Part shown: positions 9,038 to 19,108 of the stretch, piece by piece | Position numbering within the stretch: position 1 is the stretch's first letter | Layout of the letters: every line of letters starts with the position of its first letter | Assembly: GCA_963677485.1 (NCBI GenBank) | Contig: OY781964.1 | Span: forward strand, 1,984,001-2,048,000 | Source of the DNA: Armatimonadota bacterium | GTDB taxonomy: Bacteria > Armatimonadota > HRBIN16 | Length of the DNA stretch: 64,000 bases | Direction: 5' to 3' | Program-made: the position numbers and the translations under genes | Notes under the pieces: model-generated | The model's input: the letters and a program-made list of their open reading frames with translations, nothing else | What the model was told of the DNA's origin: nothing | The model's database searches: none

Positions 9038-10849
9038 TTGGCAAGCCGAGTAACTAATGACATTGAAGACGTCCGCGCCGCTAACGACATCGTCCGTGTG
9101 GTGTCTGGATATCTAACCCTTAAGAAATCGGGCAGAACCCTTAGCGGGCTCTGCCCCTTCCATCACGAGAAAACCCCTTCATTTTACGTCTATCCCGACA
9201 CTCAGCGTTTCTCATGTTATGGGTGCGGGCTATACGGTGATGTGTTCGCCTTCATCATGCGTGCGGAAAACCTCAGCTTTCCTGAAGCTGTGAATATCCT
9301 GGCGGAACGCGAAGGCATGGAATACCGCACCGCCGGCTACAACAGCAATGCCCCCAGCAGAGACCATCGCGAAACCCTTCATGTAGCCAATGAACTGGCG
9401 CTTCAGTATTATCAAGAGATGCTGCCCCAGCACCAGATCGCTCAGGAGCTCATCCAACAACGCGGTCTTCGCCAGGAGACGGTGGCGAAGTTCTGCATCG
9501 GATACGCGCCCGAGGGTTATCGGGGGTTGATGAACCGGCTGGAACAGCGGAATGTGACCAAAGAATCGGCCCTTGAGGCTGGTCTGCTTATCGAGAGTGA
9601 TAAAGGCGATCTATACGACCGGTTTCACAACAGGCTGATGTTCCCCATATGGGATGCACAGGGACGGGTGGTTGGGTTTGGCGGACGCGCAATGGAAGCC
9701 GATGCAAAACCAAAATACCTGAATACCTCTGAAACCCCTGTCTTCCGGAAAAGCCGAATCATATATGCGCTTCACCTGGCCAAGACCAGGATACAGTCTG
9801 AAAAGACGGTGCTGCTGCTGGAAGGATATATGGACGTGGCTGCCGCGCATCAGGCGGGGTTTACTAATGCCATCGCCACGATGGGCACCGCGATCACGCC
9901 GGAACATGTGGGCATACTAAAGCGCTTCTCTCAGCATGTCACCGTGGTCTACGATGGCGATACACCTGGTCAGAACGCCTCCAGCAAGGCGGCCGCGGAG
10001 CTGCTATCGCAAGGGATGCAGGCGTCTATCGTCTGTCTGCCAGACAACCATGACCCAGATAGCTATGTAAAGCAGTATGGAGCTGAGGCCTTCGCGAACC
10101 AGTTGAAGGCGGCTGTTCAGGTGATTGAGTTCGAATTGAATCGAATCGCGACTCAACACGACATGTCTCGGCCTGAAGAGCGTGTGCAGGGTCTGCATAA
10201 AATGATTGAGGTTCTGGCCAGCATACCCGATTCGCTGCAGCGAGAACAGTACATCATGCAGGTTCTCCGATATCATCCTGCGGGGTTCACCGACCCTAGC
10301 GGTGCGGTAGCCCAACTGAGGCGCGAAATTGCGCTGTCTCAACGCCAGCGTCACGACCAGGCGAAACGGCGGGATCTGTACCATCCTGAGCCAGAGCAGT
10401 TTGAAGAGCATCAGCGTCCAGCACCCATCGTAGAGCCCTTGCAGAGATCAGGAATCTTGGCAGAAGCGGTACTATTAAAGGGTATATGCAATATCGAATG
10501 GTGCCGGCACACCATCGATGCGCTAGGCGATCTGTCACTGGCCACTGAAGGCGCACAGATGTTTTTCGAGCTTGCCAAACGGCAGATATCGCAAGGTGAA
10601 GACGCGAACCCTGTGCAGATATTGGCACAAATGACAAATGAGCGTGACCGCGAGCTGGTGTCGCGGCGGCTGGGTGAGAATGAGCCTGTTAACAAAGGTT
10701 CCATTGACGGTGCAGTAGATTGGTTACAGAATCAAATGGTGGAACAGCGTAAAAGACAGTTGCAAGAGTTGCTTCAGAGAGGCAGTGAGGGCGATACCGA
10801 TGCGCTGGCCGAGTATCAACAGTTAATGCAAAAGAGACATCATCACTGA
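9038..10849 (+). CDS. dnaG: DNA primase
   Basis: CPFHHEKTPSF..CYGC zinc finger, GFGGR, KYLNTSET, TOPRIM EGYMD and YDGD motifs. Confidence 0.98.
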   Translation: MASRVTNDIEDVRAANDIVRVVSGYLTLKKSGRTLSGLCPFHHEKTPSFYVYPDTQRFSCYGCGLYGDVFAFIMRAENLSFPEAVNILAEREGMEYRTAGYNSNAPSRDHRETLHVANELALQYYQEMLPQHQIAQELIQQRGLRQETVAKFCIGYAPEGYRGLMNRLEQRNVTKESALEAGLLIESDKGDLYDRFHNRLMFPIWDAQGRVVGFGGRAMEADAKPKYLNTSETPVFRKSRIIYALHLAKTRIQSEKTVLLLEGYMDVAAAHQAGFTNAIATMGTAITPEHVGILKRFSQHVTVVYDGDTPGQNASSKAAAELLSQGMQASIVCLPDNHDPDSYVKQYGAEAFANQLKAAVQVIEFELNRIATQHDMSRPEERVQGLHKMIEVLASIPDSLQREQYIMQVLRYHPAGFTDPSGAVAQLRREIALSQRQRHDQAKRRDLYHPEPEQFEEHQRPAPIVEPLQRSGILAEAVLLKGICNIEWCRHTIDALGDLSLATEGAQMFFELAKRQISQGEDANPVQILAQMTNERDRELVSRRLGENEPVNKGSIDGAVDWLQNQMVEQRKRQLQELLQRGSEGDTDALAEYQQLMQKRHHH

Positions 10850-10866
10850 GTCGACTGGAGTGCTAG

Positions 10867-11757
10867 ATGTGTGACCAACACTTGCCTGAAGAGACCAGCA
10901 CTGAGCATTATACGTCCGAGCGGGCCGAAGCTGAGCTTTGTGCGCTAGGCAGCCTGCCGGTATCAGACGCGGTTTCACTTTGGCTGCAGCGTATTCGAAG
11001 GTACCCCCTTCTCAGTGCCGAACAAGAGCTGCAGCTTAGCCTGTTGGCCAAAAAAGGCGACGAAGAGGCGCGATGCCTGCTTGTGAACAGCAATCTACGC
11101 CTGGTGGTCAGCATCGCCCGAAGATATCTCTCAAAAGGACTCAGCTTCAGTGACTTGATGCAGGAAGGCAATATCGGCCTCATCTACGCCACCACCAAAT
11201 TCGAACCGTCCCGTGGTTTCCGCTTTTGCACATATGCAGGCTACTGGATACGCCACGCGGTCACACGGGCCATCGCTCAGCAGGCCCGCAGTATACGTCT
11301 ACCGGTGTATCTTGTGGAAGAGATCAACAGCGTGCAAAGGTGCTCCGCCAAATTGAGTGCCCAACTGGGGCGTCAAGCCACCATAGATGAGGTGGCACAT
11401 GAGATGAATATGAGCGTGCCCGAGTTGAATGAGATGCTATGCTTAGCCGAGGAGCCGGTCAGCCTGGAAAGGCCTTTCGGTAATGAACGTCCACTATCTG
11501 AGACACTCATCGATCACAACCTCGCACTGCCTGCTAGCGTGTATGAACAAAGCGAACTGCTTGAGGAGTTGGCTCACGCCATTGATAATCTGTCTGGCCG
11601 CGACCGCATGATAGTCGTCAAGCGATACGGCCTGGATGGCAACCGGCCCCACACCCTCGCGGAGGTAGCCTCTGAGTTGGGCATCAGCCGGCAGCGGGTG
11701 AAGCAGCTTGAGCAAGCCGCTCTGGACAAGATTCGGATCGCTACCGAAGGCGAGTAG
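10867..11757 (+). CDS. RpoD/RpoS-family sigma-70 factor lacking region 1.1, with diverged DNA-recognition residues
   Basis: [29 protein letters not shown], region 4 [23 protein letters not shown]. Confidence 0.92.
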   Translation: MCDQHLPEETSTEHYTSERAEAELCALGSLPVSDAVSLWLQRIRRYPLLSAEQELQLSLLAKKGDEEARCLLVNSNLRLVVSIARRYLSKGLSFSDLMQEGNIGLIYATTKFEPSRGFRFCTYAGYWIRHAVTRAIAQQARSIRLPVYLVEEINSVQRCSAKLSAQLGRQATIDEVAHEMNMSVPELNEMLCLAEEPVSLERPFGNERPLSETLIDHNLALPASVYEQSELLEELAHAIDNLSGRDRMIVVKRYGLDGNRPHTLAEVASELGISRQRVKQLEQAALDKIRIATEGE

Positions 11758-11764
11758 CCAGTTT

Positions 11765-12535
11765 TGCCACTGTCCGGGCGGACTGACATGGAACTCAACG
11801 CAAGGACGCAGAGGGGCAAAGGACGCAAAGGGATATATATCCACAGATTACACAGATTACGCAGATTGTCTGAACCACGGATTACGCGGATTTGTGGGAT
11901 GACACGGATGGGAGACTTCGCCGCAGCCCAATTGGCTATGTCCGGGGCGGTCTGACAGTACGATAACGGCTGCGGAAGGCCCAAGACCGCGCCGGTCTTT
12001 CTCCAAGGCGGATAGCGATTGGCACGGAGGATACGTCTCACGCGAAGACGCGAAGGGTAAGGGAATTTTCCTCACCACGAATCAACACAGATTAACACGA
12101 ATGGACGCAGATGAACGCGGATTGTCTGAACCACGAATGACACGGATTTATGGGATGACACGGATGGAAGACTTCGCCTCAACCCAATTGGCTATGTCCG
12201 GGGCGGTCTGATGGTACGATAGCGGCTGCGGAAGGCCCAAGACCGCGCCGGTCTTTCTCCAAGGCGGATGGCGATTGGCACGAAGGAATTGGAATTACAA
12301 TCCACAGATTACACAGATGACACAGATTGTCTGAACCACGGATTACGCAGTTGACACGGATAGGTTCAGATGGGAGACTTCGCCGCAGCCCTAAGGTAAT
12401 GCCCAGGACGGTCTGACGGTATTGTGAGGCGCGGAGACCGCGCCCTTACACGTCATCAATGGGCGGTAGGGTGCATGGCGTGCCGTGCCAGACCGCTCAG
12501 GACATATCCTCCGCGTCCTCCGCGTCTCCGCGTGA
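11765..12535. repeat. Composite repeat cluster: two full and one partial copy of a CTGAACCACGGAT..GTCCGGGGCGGTCT..AGACCGCGCCGGTC unit plus 9-mer CACAGATTA micro-repeats
   Basis: Units start at ~11866, ~12121 and ~12327. Confidence 0.85.
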
Positions 12536-12622
12536 GGCTATCCGCCGGACCGGCGTGCTCAAGCCCCGCCAAACCGGTATACTGAAACATAGTAAATACG
12601 CAATAAACAGGGGTCTCATCTG

Positions 12623-14086
12623 ATGTCCGAACTCTATTCTCTCACCGCCCACCAGCTTCGCGATATGCTGCGAAATAAACAAATCAGCAGCGTAGAACTG
12701 ACGCAAAGCGTGATCAACCGCATGCAGCAGGTGGAGCCCAAGGTGCAGGCCTATATCACACAGTGCCCTGAACTGGCGCTTGAGCAGGCCAAAGCTGCTG
12801 ATGAGCGGCTGGCCAGCGGCGATGAGCAGCCGGAGCTGTGCGGTATCCCGGTGGCGATAAAAGACAACATGTGTACCGAAGGTGTGCGCACCACGGCTGC
12901 CAGCAAAATACTCAGCAACTTCATACCACCTTACGATGGCACTGTAGTGTCAAAACTGCGGGCCCAGGGTGTGGTCTTTACCGGTAAAACCAACCTCGAT
13001 GAGTTCGCCATGGGCAGCAGCACCGAAAACAGCGCGTTCTTCCCCAGCCGCAATCCATGGAACACCAACTGCGTGCCTGGCGGCAGCTCCGGCGGAAGCG
13101 CGGTGGCGGTCTCAGCAGATGAGTGCATCGTCAGCATGGGCTCCGACACGGGCGGAAGCATCCGGCAGCCCGCCGCGCTTTGCGGTGTGGTCGGCATGAA
13201 GCCCACCTATGGTCGTGTTAGCCGTTACGGACTGATCGCCTTCGCCAGCTCGCTAGATCAGATCGGCCCCTTCAGCAAGGACGTGGAGGACTGCGCCATC
13301 GCGCTGAATGCCATTTGTGGGAAAGACAGTCACGACAGCACCAGCGTCGATCTGCCCAAAGAGGATTTCGGACGCCTGCTGCACACCGGTGTGAAAGGCC
13401 TGCGCGTGGGCGTGCCCAAAGAGTATTTTGGCGAGGGGGTTGACCCCGAGGTGGGAGCCAGCGTGATGGCGGCCATCGAGGAGTTGCGAGCTGCCGGAGC
13501 TGAGATCGTGGAAATTTCGCTGCCCAGCACGGGATACGGTCTGGCTTGTTACTACATACTCGCTCCCTGCGAAGCCAGCAGCAACCTGGCGCGGTTTGAT
13601 GGCGTGAAATACGGCCACCGCACCACCAACATCACCCACCACACGGGCCTGATGGAGCAGAGCCGAGGCGAAGGCTTCGGCGCTGAGGTGAAGCAGCGTA
13701 TCATGATCGGCACCTACGCGCTCTCTGCAGGATACTATGACGCCTACTATCTGAAAGCCCAGCAGGCGCGTACCATCATCCGACAGGACTTTGATACCGC
13801 CTTCCAGAGTGTGGATGTCATCGCGACGCCCACATCACCGGTCGTGGCTTTCGGCATCGGCGAAAAAGCGAACGACCCACTGAGCATGAAGCTGGCCGAT
13901 ATCTGCACCATCCTGGTCAACATCGCCGGTCTGCCCGCCATGAGCATGCCCTGCGGCTTCAAAGATGGTCTGCCAGTAGGCCTGCAGCTCATCGGCAAGC
14001 CTTACCAGGAGGCGGAGCTGCTTCGTGTGGCTCAGGCTTATGAATTGCGATCTGGTTTAGCGGGCAAGAAGCCCAACATCGGTTAG
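12623..14086 (+). CDS. gatA: Asp/Glu-tRNA amidotransferase subunit A
   Basis: AIKDN, GKTNLDEFAMGSSTENS, PGGSSGGS, GSDTGGSIRQPA, SSNLARFDG, GYYDAYY. Confidence 0.98.
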   Translation: MSELYSLTAHQLRDMLRNKQISSVELTQSVINRMQQVEPKVQAYITQCPELALEQAKAADERLASGDEQPELCGIPVAIKDNMCTEGVRTTAASKILSNFIPPYDGTVVSKLRAQGVVFTGKTNLDEFAMGSSTENSAFFPSRNPWNTNCVPGGSSGGSAVAVSADECIVSMGSDTGGSIRQPAALCGVVGMKPTYGRVSRYGLIAFASSLDQIGPFSKDVEDCAIALNAICGKDSHDSTSVDLPKEDFGRLLHTGVKGLRVGVPKEYFGEGVDPEVGASVMAAIEELRAAGAEIVEISLPSTGYGLACYYILAPCEASSNLARFDGVKYGHRTTNITHHTGLMEQSRGEGFGAEVKQRIMIGTYALSAGYYDAYYLKAQQARTIIRQDFDTAFQSVDVIATPTSPVVAFGIGEKANDPLSMKLADICTILVNIAGLPAMSMPCGFKDGLPVGLQLIGKPYQEAELLRVAQAYELRSGLAGKKPNIG

Positions 14087-14097
14087 GTGCCACACAG

Positions 14098-14679
14098 ATG
14101 CCTGGGCTGATAGACCAATTACGGGCATGGAAGGCGCGGCGTTTGAAAACAAAACGCTGCAGACGGCTATGGCGGCGTGTGCGAGAGCACTGCGCCGCCA
14201 TTCGTGTTGTTCACCATGAACTCAGTCCAGAGTGGCGCAGCATCTTCAACTCCTTCCCCATGCGGATGAAAGCCGTAGAGGCTGAACTCTACAACCGCGT
14301 ATTAGCACAAGACCAGATACTCCGGCATGTGCCAAAAGACCACCCGATAGAGCCTGTCGTGCTGCAGATCAAGATAGGCTTCCACCGCAGTATGGGAAAC
14401 AACCAGCTCGCGTATGTCTATCAGCAGAGCCTGCAGAACCTGCAGCTGCAGATGGAGCGGCGAACCCAGATGCTGGCCAATGCGCAGCGGATTGAGAACG
14501 AGGTATTGGATTTCACCTTCCAACTACAGCGGTGGGGTGACCAGGTGATGAGTGTCAGCCGGGCCGGTTTGAGCGGAGGCAGCGATAACCGCGTGGCCGA
14601 CGTGATGGAGCAGATGCAGCAGGAGATGGAGGGTATCCATTCCGCCATCCGCGACGCTCAGGCCGAAGTCGGGTATTAG
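14098..14679 (+). CDS. Hypothetical helical/coiled-coil protein
   Basis: 193-aa ORF directly after gatA with host-like codon usage; family not recognised. Confidence 0.7.
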   Translation: MPGLIDQLRAWKARRLKTKRCRRLWRRVREHCAAIRVVHHELSPEWRSIFNSFPMRMKAVEAELYNRVLAQDQILRHVPKDHPIEPVVLQIKIGFHRSMGNNQLAYVYQQSLQNLQLQMERRTQMLANAQRIENEVLDFTFQLQRWGDQVMSVSRAGLSGGSDNRVADVMEQMQQEMEGIHSAIRDAQAEVGY

Positions 14680-14767
14680 CAGTTAACCACCTCACATTCG
14701 ATCTCATCCCAGTTGATATGCCCTATCGATTTCCCACAAATCATGTGATTTGTGCTCTCGTTGGTCC

Positions 14768-14980
14768 GGCACCCACGAAGTGGGTACGATTCTTATAGCC
14801 ACGGGTGAGCGCCAGCGAAACCCGTGGAGGAAGTCCTACAACATCTACCCACGAACGTGGGTCGGTTGCCGTGACTATCAGGTGCGACCCACTTCGGGGT
14901 AGGAACAAATTCACCGCTCACCACGGGTTGCGCTTCGCTTACCCGTGGCTGTAAGAATTGCTACCCACTTCGTGGGTGCC
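14768..14980. repeat. MITE/REPIN-like element with long terminal inverted repeats
   Basis: GGCACCCACGAAGTGGGTA..ATTCTTATAGCCACGGGT pairs with ACCCGTGGCTGTAAGAAT..TACCCACTTCGTGGGTGCC. Confidence 0.8.
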
Positions 14981-15072
14981 CGGAAGGTATCGATCGTTAT
15001 TTATTTGTGGGTAATGGATTGGCTGATATCGGCCAAGAGGGCTGCCGTGCCAGCCCTCACGGGTTTCCGAGT

Positions 15073-18000
15073 CTAATAGCCCACGATCCGGTAGTCATCA
15101 ATCGAGACCCAGTCATCACCCAGGTTATCGAACTGCACGGAATGCTCACCGGCGGGTACATCCACCGTGAACGTTCGGTCATACTCCTTGGCGAAAGGGT
15201 CCATCTTGCCGTCGATGTTGGGCAGCGGCTGCCTTAATACCTCTTTACCGTCTAGTTTACCCACTAGCAGCGCATCGGAGGGAACCGAATTGACATGCAC
15301 GCTGATGCTGCCCTGCTGCTTGAAGTTCACACAGAAGGTGGGACCGCGGCCGAACTTCGGCCGGTGCAGGTTGCCATGGATCAGATAGGGAATCTGCGTG
15401 TCGGTCGGGCTAAGGCTGCCATCTGAGCGGATGTCGATGGGCACCTGCGTCTGCTTCACGCCATATCCACCAGCAGGCGTCAACACCAGCGTGCGGTTCT
15501 CCCACATCAGCAATGGATGCTTCGCGGCTTTCAACCCGCTGGCACTGGCCCCGTATTTGATGGTCACCTGGCCGGGGAGCTGGAACCGGATACGCAGGAT
15601 GCGGCTCTCAGGGTTGAAGTTCGCCTCGCCGCCTTGAACCGACTCAAAGCTGTCGGTCACGCTGATGATCTCGGCTTCACCCTTCAAGGATGGATCGAAC
15701 TGCAATGTCACGCTCTGGTCACACAGGAAGAGCGGCACGTTGCTGCCGCGGGTCTTCTGTATGGTGTCCAGCGTGAAGATATGCCGCTTGGTGGCCTGAT
15801 CTCGGCCGGCGTATAACGGGTTGATCGTGGTGCCTGCGTCGCTCCACACCCAGTTGCGCACACCGGACTTTTTGGCCTCGGCCGCAAGCTGCGGCATCAC
15901 CGACTGCACGAAACGCTGGCCATTTTGCAGCCGAAGCTCCACATCGGCGGGGTTCAGGTACAGCACCACGCGCCCCTTGCCAACGCGCTGTTCGACACGG
16001 GTGAGGCCCTTCTGTTTGGCTTGAGCGATGCTCTTCAGGTTCACCATACCAGCCAGGCCGGGTGTTGATACCACCTTCCGGCTGGGTGACACGGTATAAG
16101 CGAGGCAGCCCTCGCCGAAGCCGATCAGCGTGCCGCCTGCTTTTACCCAGCTCGTGATGGCTTGCACCGCCTTCTGCGTGGTCATGGTCACGGCAGCGTT
16201 GGGTATCACGAACAGCTTGCGGCCCTTCAACGCTCCGTCTTCGATCATCTGGTCGTCGGCCACACCAGGACTGCACAACGCCCGTCCCCAGTTCGGGTAA
16301 CCCAGGTCCGCTGACCAGAGCGTGTTCACGCTGTCATAAAGGTTCAAGCCGTCAGGATAGCTCCGCGAGGCACGGTACCACGAGGTCACGTAGCTGTGGA
16401 ACATCAACGCCTGAGACTCGACACCCGGGGTGACGATCTCCTTCGCCACGGGAGCAAGGTCTTGCCAGGCTTTGGCAAAGAAGTGGTCCTTCTGGAACAG
16501 CTCACCCAGGTGTGCGAGGTGGAACACCTTCGCACCGCAAGCCAGACCGTTCAAAAGCATGTCATACTGGTGCGCCAGTGCCAGACCGGGAGGGCCGACG
16601 TGCTCTATCATCAGGTCCACGCCATACTGCTTCGTGGCCGCCTGCGAATAGCGTACCGAATAGAGGGTCTGCGAGTCGGTGTCGTCAAACCACGCTGGGC
16701 GGATCTGCCCCAGCATCTTCATCACCGGTCCGATGTTGCCCAGCTCAATGCCCTGGTTGTAGCCGACTTTCGGCCCGCCGATCATGCCCTCGATGGGCTT
16801 TTTGGTGTAATGGCGCATGGTGCCGAAGCCATTTCGGGCTACCTCCATCAGGCACCAGTTATACCAGTGGATGAAATCGCTGAACTTTTGGCTGGTGTCC
16901 ACACCCTTCGAGTTGGCCATCTGACCATCGGGCGGGATAATTGCATCCCAGCTTGATATGGGCTGCCCCCAGGCCTTGCTGAGCGCCTTGAGATTATTGC
17001 CATACTGCTGCTTCAACCAGTCTTGGAAATTCTGTTTTGCTGGTCGGCTGAACACCATGTACTGCCCCGCCGTAGAGGTGGGGAAGTGCAGCTCGCCGTA
17101 CATGCTGGTCGGAGCGGCGAAGTTGAACGAGGTGACCCAGGGTGAGTCTGCCAGCGGCTCTACCCGTTGCGCCAAAAATTGGTTCATACGCTTGGTGACT
17201 TCCGGCATGAAGATCGAACTCTCATAGCCGAAGTTCGACTTGTTGCCTTTGGCGTCCTGGTCCATATCTTCTGGCTGCAGATCCAGCCCGGCCAGTCCCA
17301 GAGGTGCCCGTGGACGATCCGGCCCGACGTTGGTCAGCCAGCCTTTGGTGTAGTAATACATCATCCACAGCGGCCCCTCAGAGAAGCTGGAGCTAAAGCC
17401 TAAGCCCATCTTCTGCAGAGCCTCAAGATGCTCAGGGCTGTGACCAGGCCAGATCACATTCCCCAGGCGCGTGAGGTTGGTGGCCGGCGGCAGTTTGGTC
17501 ACGACCGCGTCATACAGTCCAGCGTAGCGGTACTCACCGGGTTCATCTTTACTGCGGCTGACGCTGATGTCGTCTATCAGCAGATGCGCAGAGGGGGTAT
17601 CTTTCCAGACACCCATGGTCAGCGAGAACAGCGAGGTGGTGCGCAGTTTGGCCTCAGTGTTGCTGGCCTGCAGATCCGCGAAGGGGATGTTGATCTGTTG
17701 CCATTCTGTACCGTTGATAGGCACCTGCACGGAGAACCAGGCCTCAGGCTTCAAATCATCCTTATATTGCTGAAAGCCGATGGTGAGTGACAGGGGGTTG
17801 CCATCGCCCTTCACCCATAGGTTCAATGTATCCGCTCTGATTTTAGCCCAGTCCAGACAGATGGGGTTGAGATCGTATCCTGCAGCCGCGAAGCCCTTGA
17901 CATCCGTGAGATCCAGTTGCAGCGCGCCTTTGCCGGTACGGGCCTGCTTGCTGATGTCAATGCGGACATACGGCTTGGCGGCTGTGCCGCGTCCAGCGTC

Positions 18001-18132
18001 GTTGGTCATCCATCCGTTCAGACCGTATTCGAAGCCTTCCACCGGCAGTGTCTCTGGAGTGGCGGCAGTGGCTCCAACGGCGCAGACCATCAGGCCGGCG
18101 AGGAGCAATAAGGGGATGTTCACGGTGCGCAC
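15073..18132 (-). CDS. Secreted multidomain glycoside hydrolase (CBM11-like N-domain, GH42/GH14-like TIM barrel)
   Basis: Signal peptide; FQDWLKQQYG..LSKAWG motif; WVKAGGTLI trimerisation-domain motif. Confidence 0.7.
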   Translation of the reverse strand: MRTVNIPLLLLAGLMVCAVGATAATPETLPVEGFEYGLNGWMTNDAGRGTAAKPYVRIDISKQARTGKGALQLDLTDVKGFAAAGYDLNPICLDWAKIRADTLNLWVKGDGNPLSLTIGFQQYKDDLKPEAWFSVQVPINGTEWQQINIPFADLQASNTEAKLRTTSLFSLTMGVWKDTPSAHLLIDDISVSRSKDEPGEYRYAGLYDAVVTKLPPATNLTRLGNVIWPGHSPEHLEALQKMGLGFSSSFSEGPLWMMYYYTKGWLTNVGPDRPRAPLGLAGLDLQPEDMDQDAKGNKSNFGYESSIFMPEVTKRMNQFLAQRVEPLADSPWVTSFNFAAPTSMYGELHFPTSTAGQYMVFSRPAKQNFQDWLKQQYGNNLKALSKAWGQPISSWDAIIPPDGQMANSKGVDTSQKFSDFIHWYNWCLMEVARNGFGTMRHYTKKPIEGMIGGPKVGYNQGIELGNIGPVMKMLGQIRPAWFDDTDSQTLYSVRYSQAATKQYGVDLMIEHVGPPGLALAHQYDMLLNGLACGAKVFHLAHLGELFQKDHFFAKAWQDLAPVAKEIVTPGVESQALMFHSYVTSWYRASRSYPDGLNLYDSVNTLWSADLGYPNWGRALCSPGVADDQMIEDGALKGRKLFVIPNAAVTMTTQKAVQAITSWVKAGGTLIGFGEGCLAYTVSPSRKVVSTPGLAGMVNLKSIAQAKQKGLTRVEQRVGKGRVVLYLNPADVELRLQNGQRFVQSVMPQLAAEAKKSGVRNWVWSDAGTTINPLYAGRDQATKRHIFTLDTIQKTRGSNVPLFLCDQSVTLQFDPSLKGEAEIISVTDSFESVQGGEANFNPESRILRIRFQLPGQVTIKYGASASGLKAAKHPLLMWENRTLVLTPAGGYGVKQTQVPIDIRSDGSLSPTDTQIPYLIHGNLHRPKFGRGPTFCVNFKQQGSISVHVNSVPSDALLVGKLDGKEVLRQPLPNIDGKMDPFAKEYDRTFTVDVPAGEHSVQFDNLGDDWVSIDDYRIVGY

Positions 18133-18215
18133 CTCTAGCGGTTATGTTTGATGTAGTATACGCCGCGATGGAGGGGATATCCTGCGTTTGTGGGGGGTAG
18201 CCGCCTGGACCGTCT

Positions 18216-18400
18216 CCTGGGAACGCCAATCTCCTGATGGGCATATTGTCCTACTCATCCTACTCATCCTACTCATCCTACATGCCCGGTTAAGGGAAAC
18301 TGAACCGCGAATGAACGCGAATGCCCGGATTGTCTGAACCACGGATTACACAGTTGCCACGGATAGGACGGATGCCAATCGGGAGATTGGCGTTCCCAGG
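18216..18400. repeat. Inverted repeat CCTGGGAACGCCAATCTCC enclosing CCTACTCAT tandem 9-mers
   Basis: Arms at 18216-18234 and 18382-18400. Confidence 0.8.
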
Positions 18401-18409
18401 GTTATCCGC

Positions 18410-18988
18410 TTACTCCCTGGGTAACAGTCCGTTCAGCAATACTTTCGACAGCACTTGCGACAATCCGTCGATGTCATCAACCTCACCAGCCACTGGGTTC
18501 ATCAAGCCAAACCCAAGCGCTATCCCAAGCATCATGCGGCTGATAATCGAAGGTTCAACATCCACGAAAAGGCCTTTGAGCTGCTGCTGTGTGATACACT
18601 CGTTCAGCTTCTTCATTGCAGGATCATAGACGCGGTTGCGGTAGAGGTCGCGGAACTCGTCGTCAAAGATAGCTTCAGAGATCATGACCCTGAGAATTCC
18701 CGAATGCTTCTTCCACATCAGCAACCTGTTGTTCAGTAGTTTCATCATCATAGTCTCAACATCGTCAGTGTCGTTGAGTTTAGGGATCGTCTCCAGAACC
18801 TGCTGCTCCAGCACGCACACCAAAATATCTCGTTTGGTCGGGAAGTAGTTAAATATGGTACCCTCGGCCACGCCAGCCCGCTTGGCAATAGCGCGCGTGG
18901 TGGCGCGCTCAAAACCTAGTTCCGCGAAAACTTCCACGGCAGCGGATAATATCTGCTCTTTGCGATCGGCACGTTTTGGAGTAGGCAA
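18410..18988 (-). CDS. TetR/AcrR family regulator (likely TTG start 18988; ORF track 19039)
   Basis: ILSAAVEVFAELGFERATTRAIAKRAGVAEGTIFNYFPTK. Confidence 0.95.
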   Translation of the reverse strand: MPTPKRADRKEQILSAAVEVFAELGFERATTRAIAKRAGVAEGTIFNYFPTKRDILVCVLEQQVLETIPKLNDTDDVETMMMKLLNNRLLMWKKHSGILRVMISEAIFDDEFRDLYRNRVYDPAMKKLNECITQQQLKGLFVDVEPSIISRMMLGIALGFGLMNPVAGEVDDIDGLSQVLSKVLLNGLLPRE

Positions 18989-19022
18989 CTGGTCACCCTT
19001 GACTTTCTTCGCGATATATATA

Positions 19023-19052
19023 AAAATATGAGTGAGCACTCACTCATATTTT
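19023..19052. promoter_or_regulatory. Probable TetR operator between divergent tetR and the efflux operon
   Basis: Perfect 14-bp inverted repeat AAAATATGAGTGAG-CA-CTCACTCATATTTT. Confidence 0.8.
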
Positions 19053-19108
19053 ACTATCTCCACTCGGGAGATTGCAATGCACCGGCGCAATCGAGGAAGG
19101 AAACCTGC

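Noticed and set aside
11574-12706. Short ORFs sharing peptides such as KTGAVLG and RGDAEDAE here and at ~4.9, 26.5, 41 and 49 kb
   Set aside because: These are translations of the repeat modules, with variable frame and strand.
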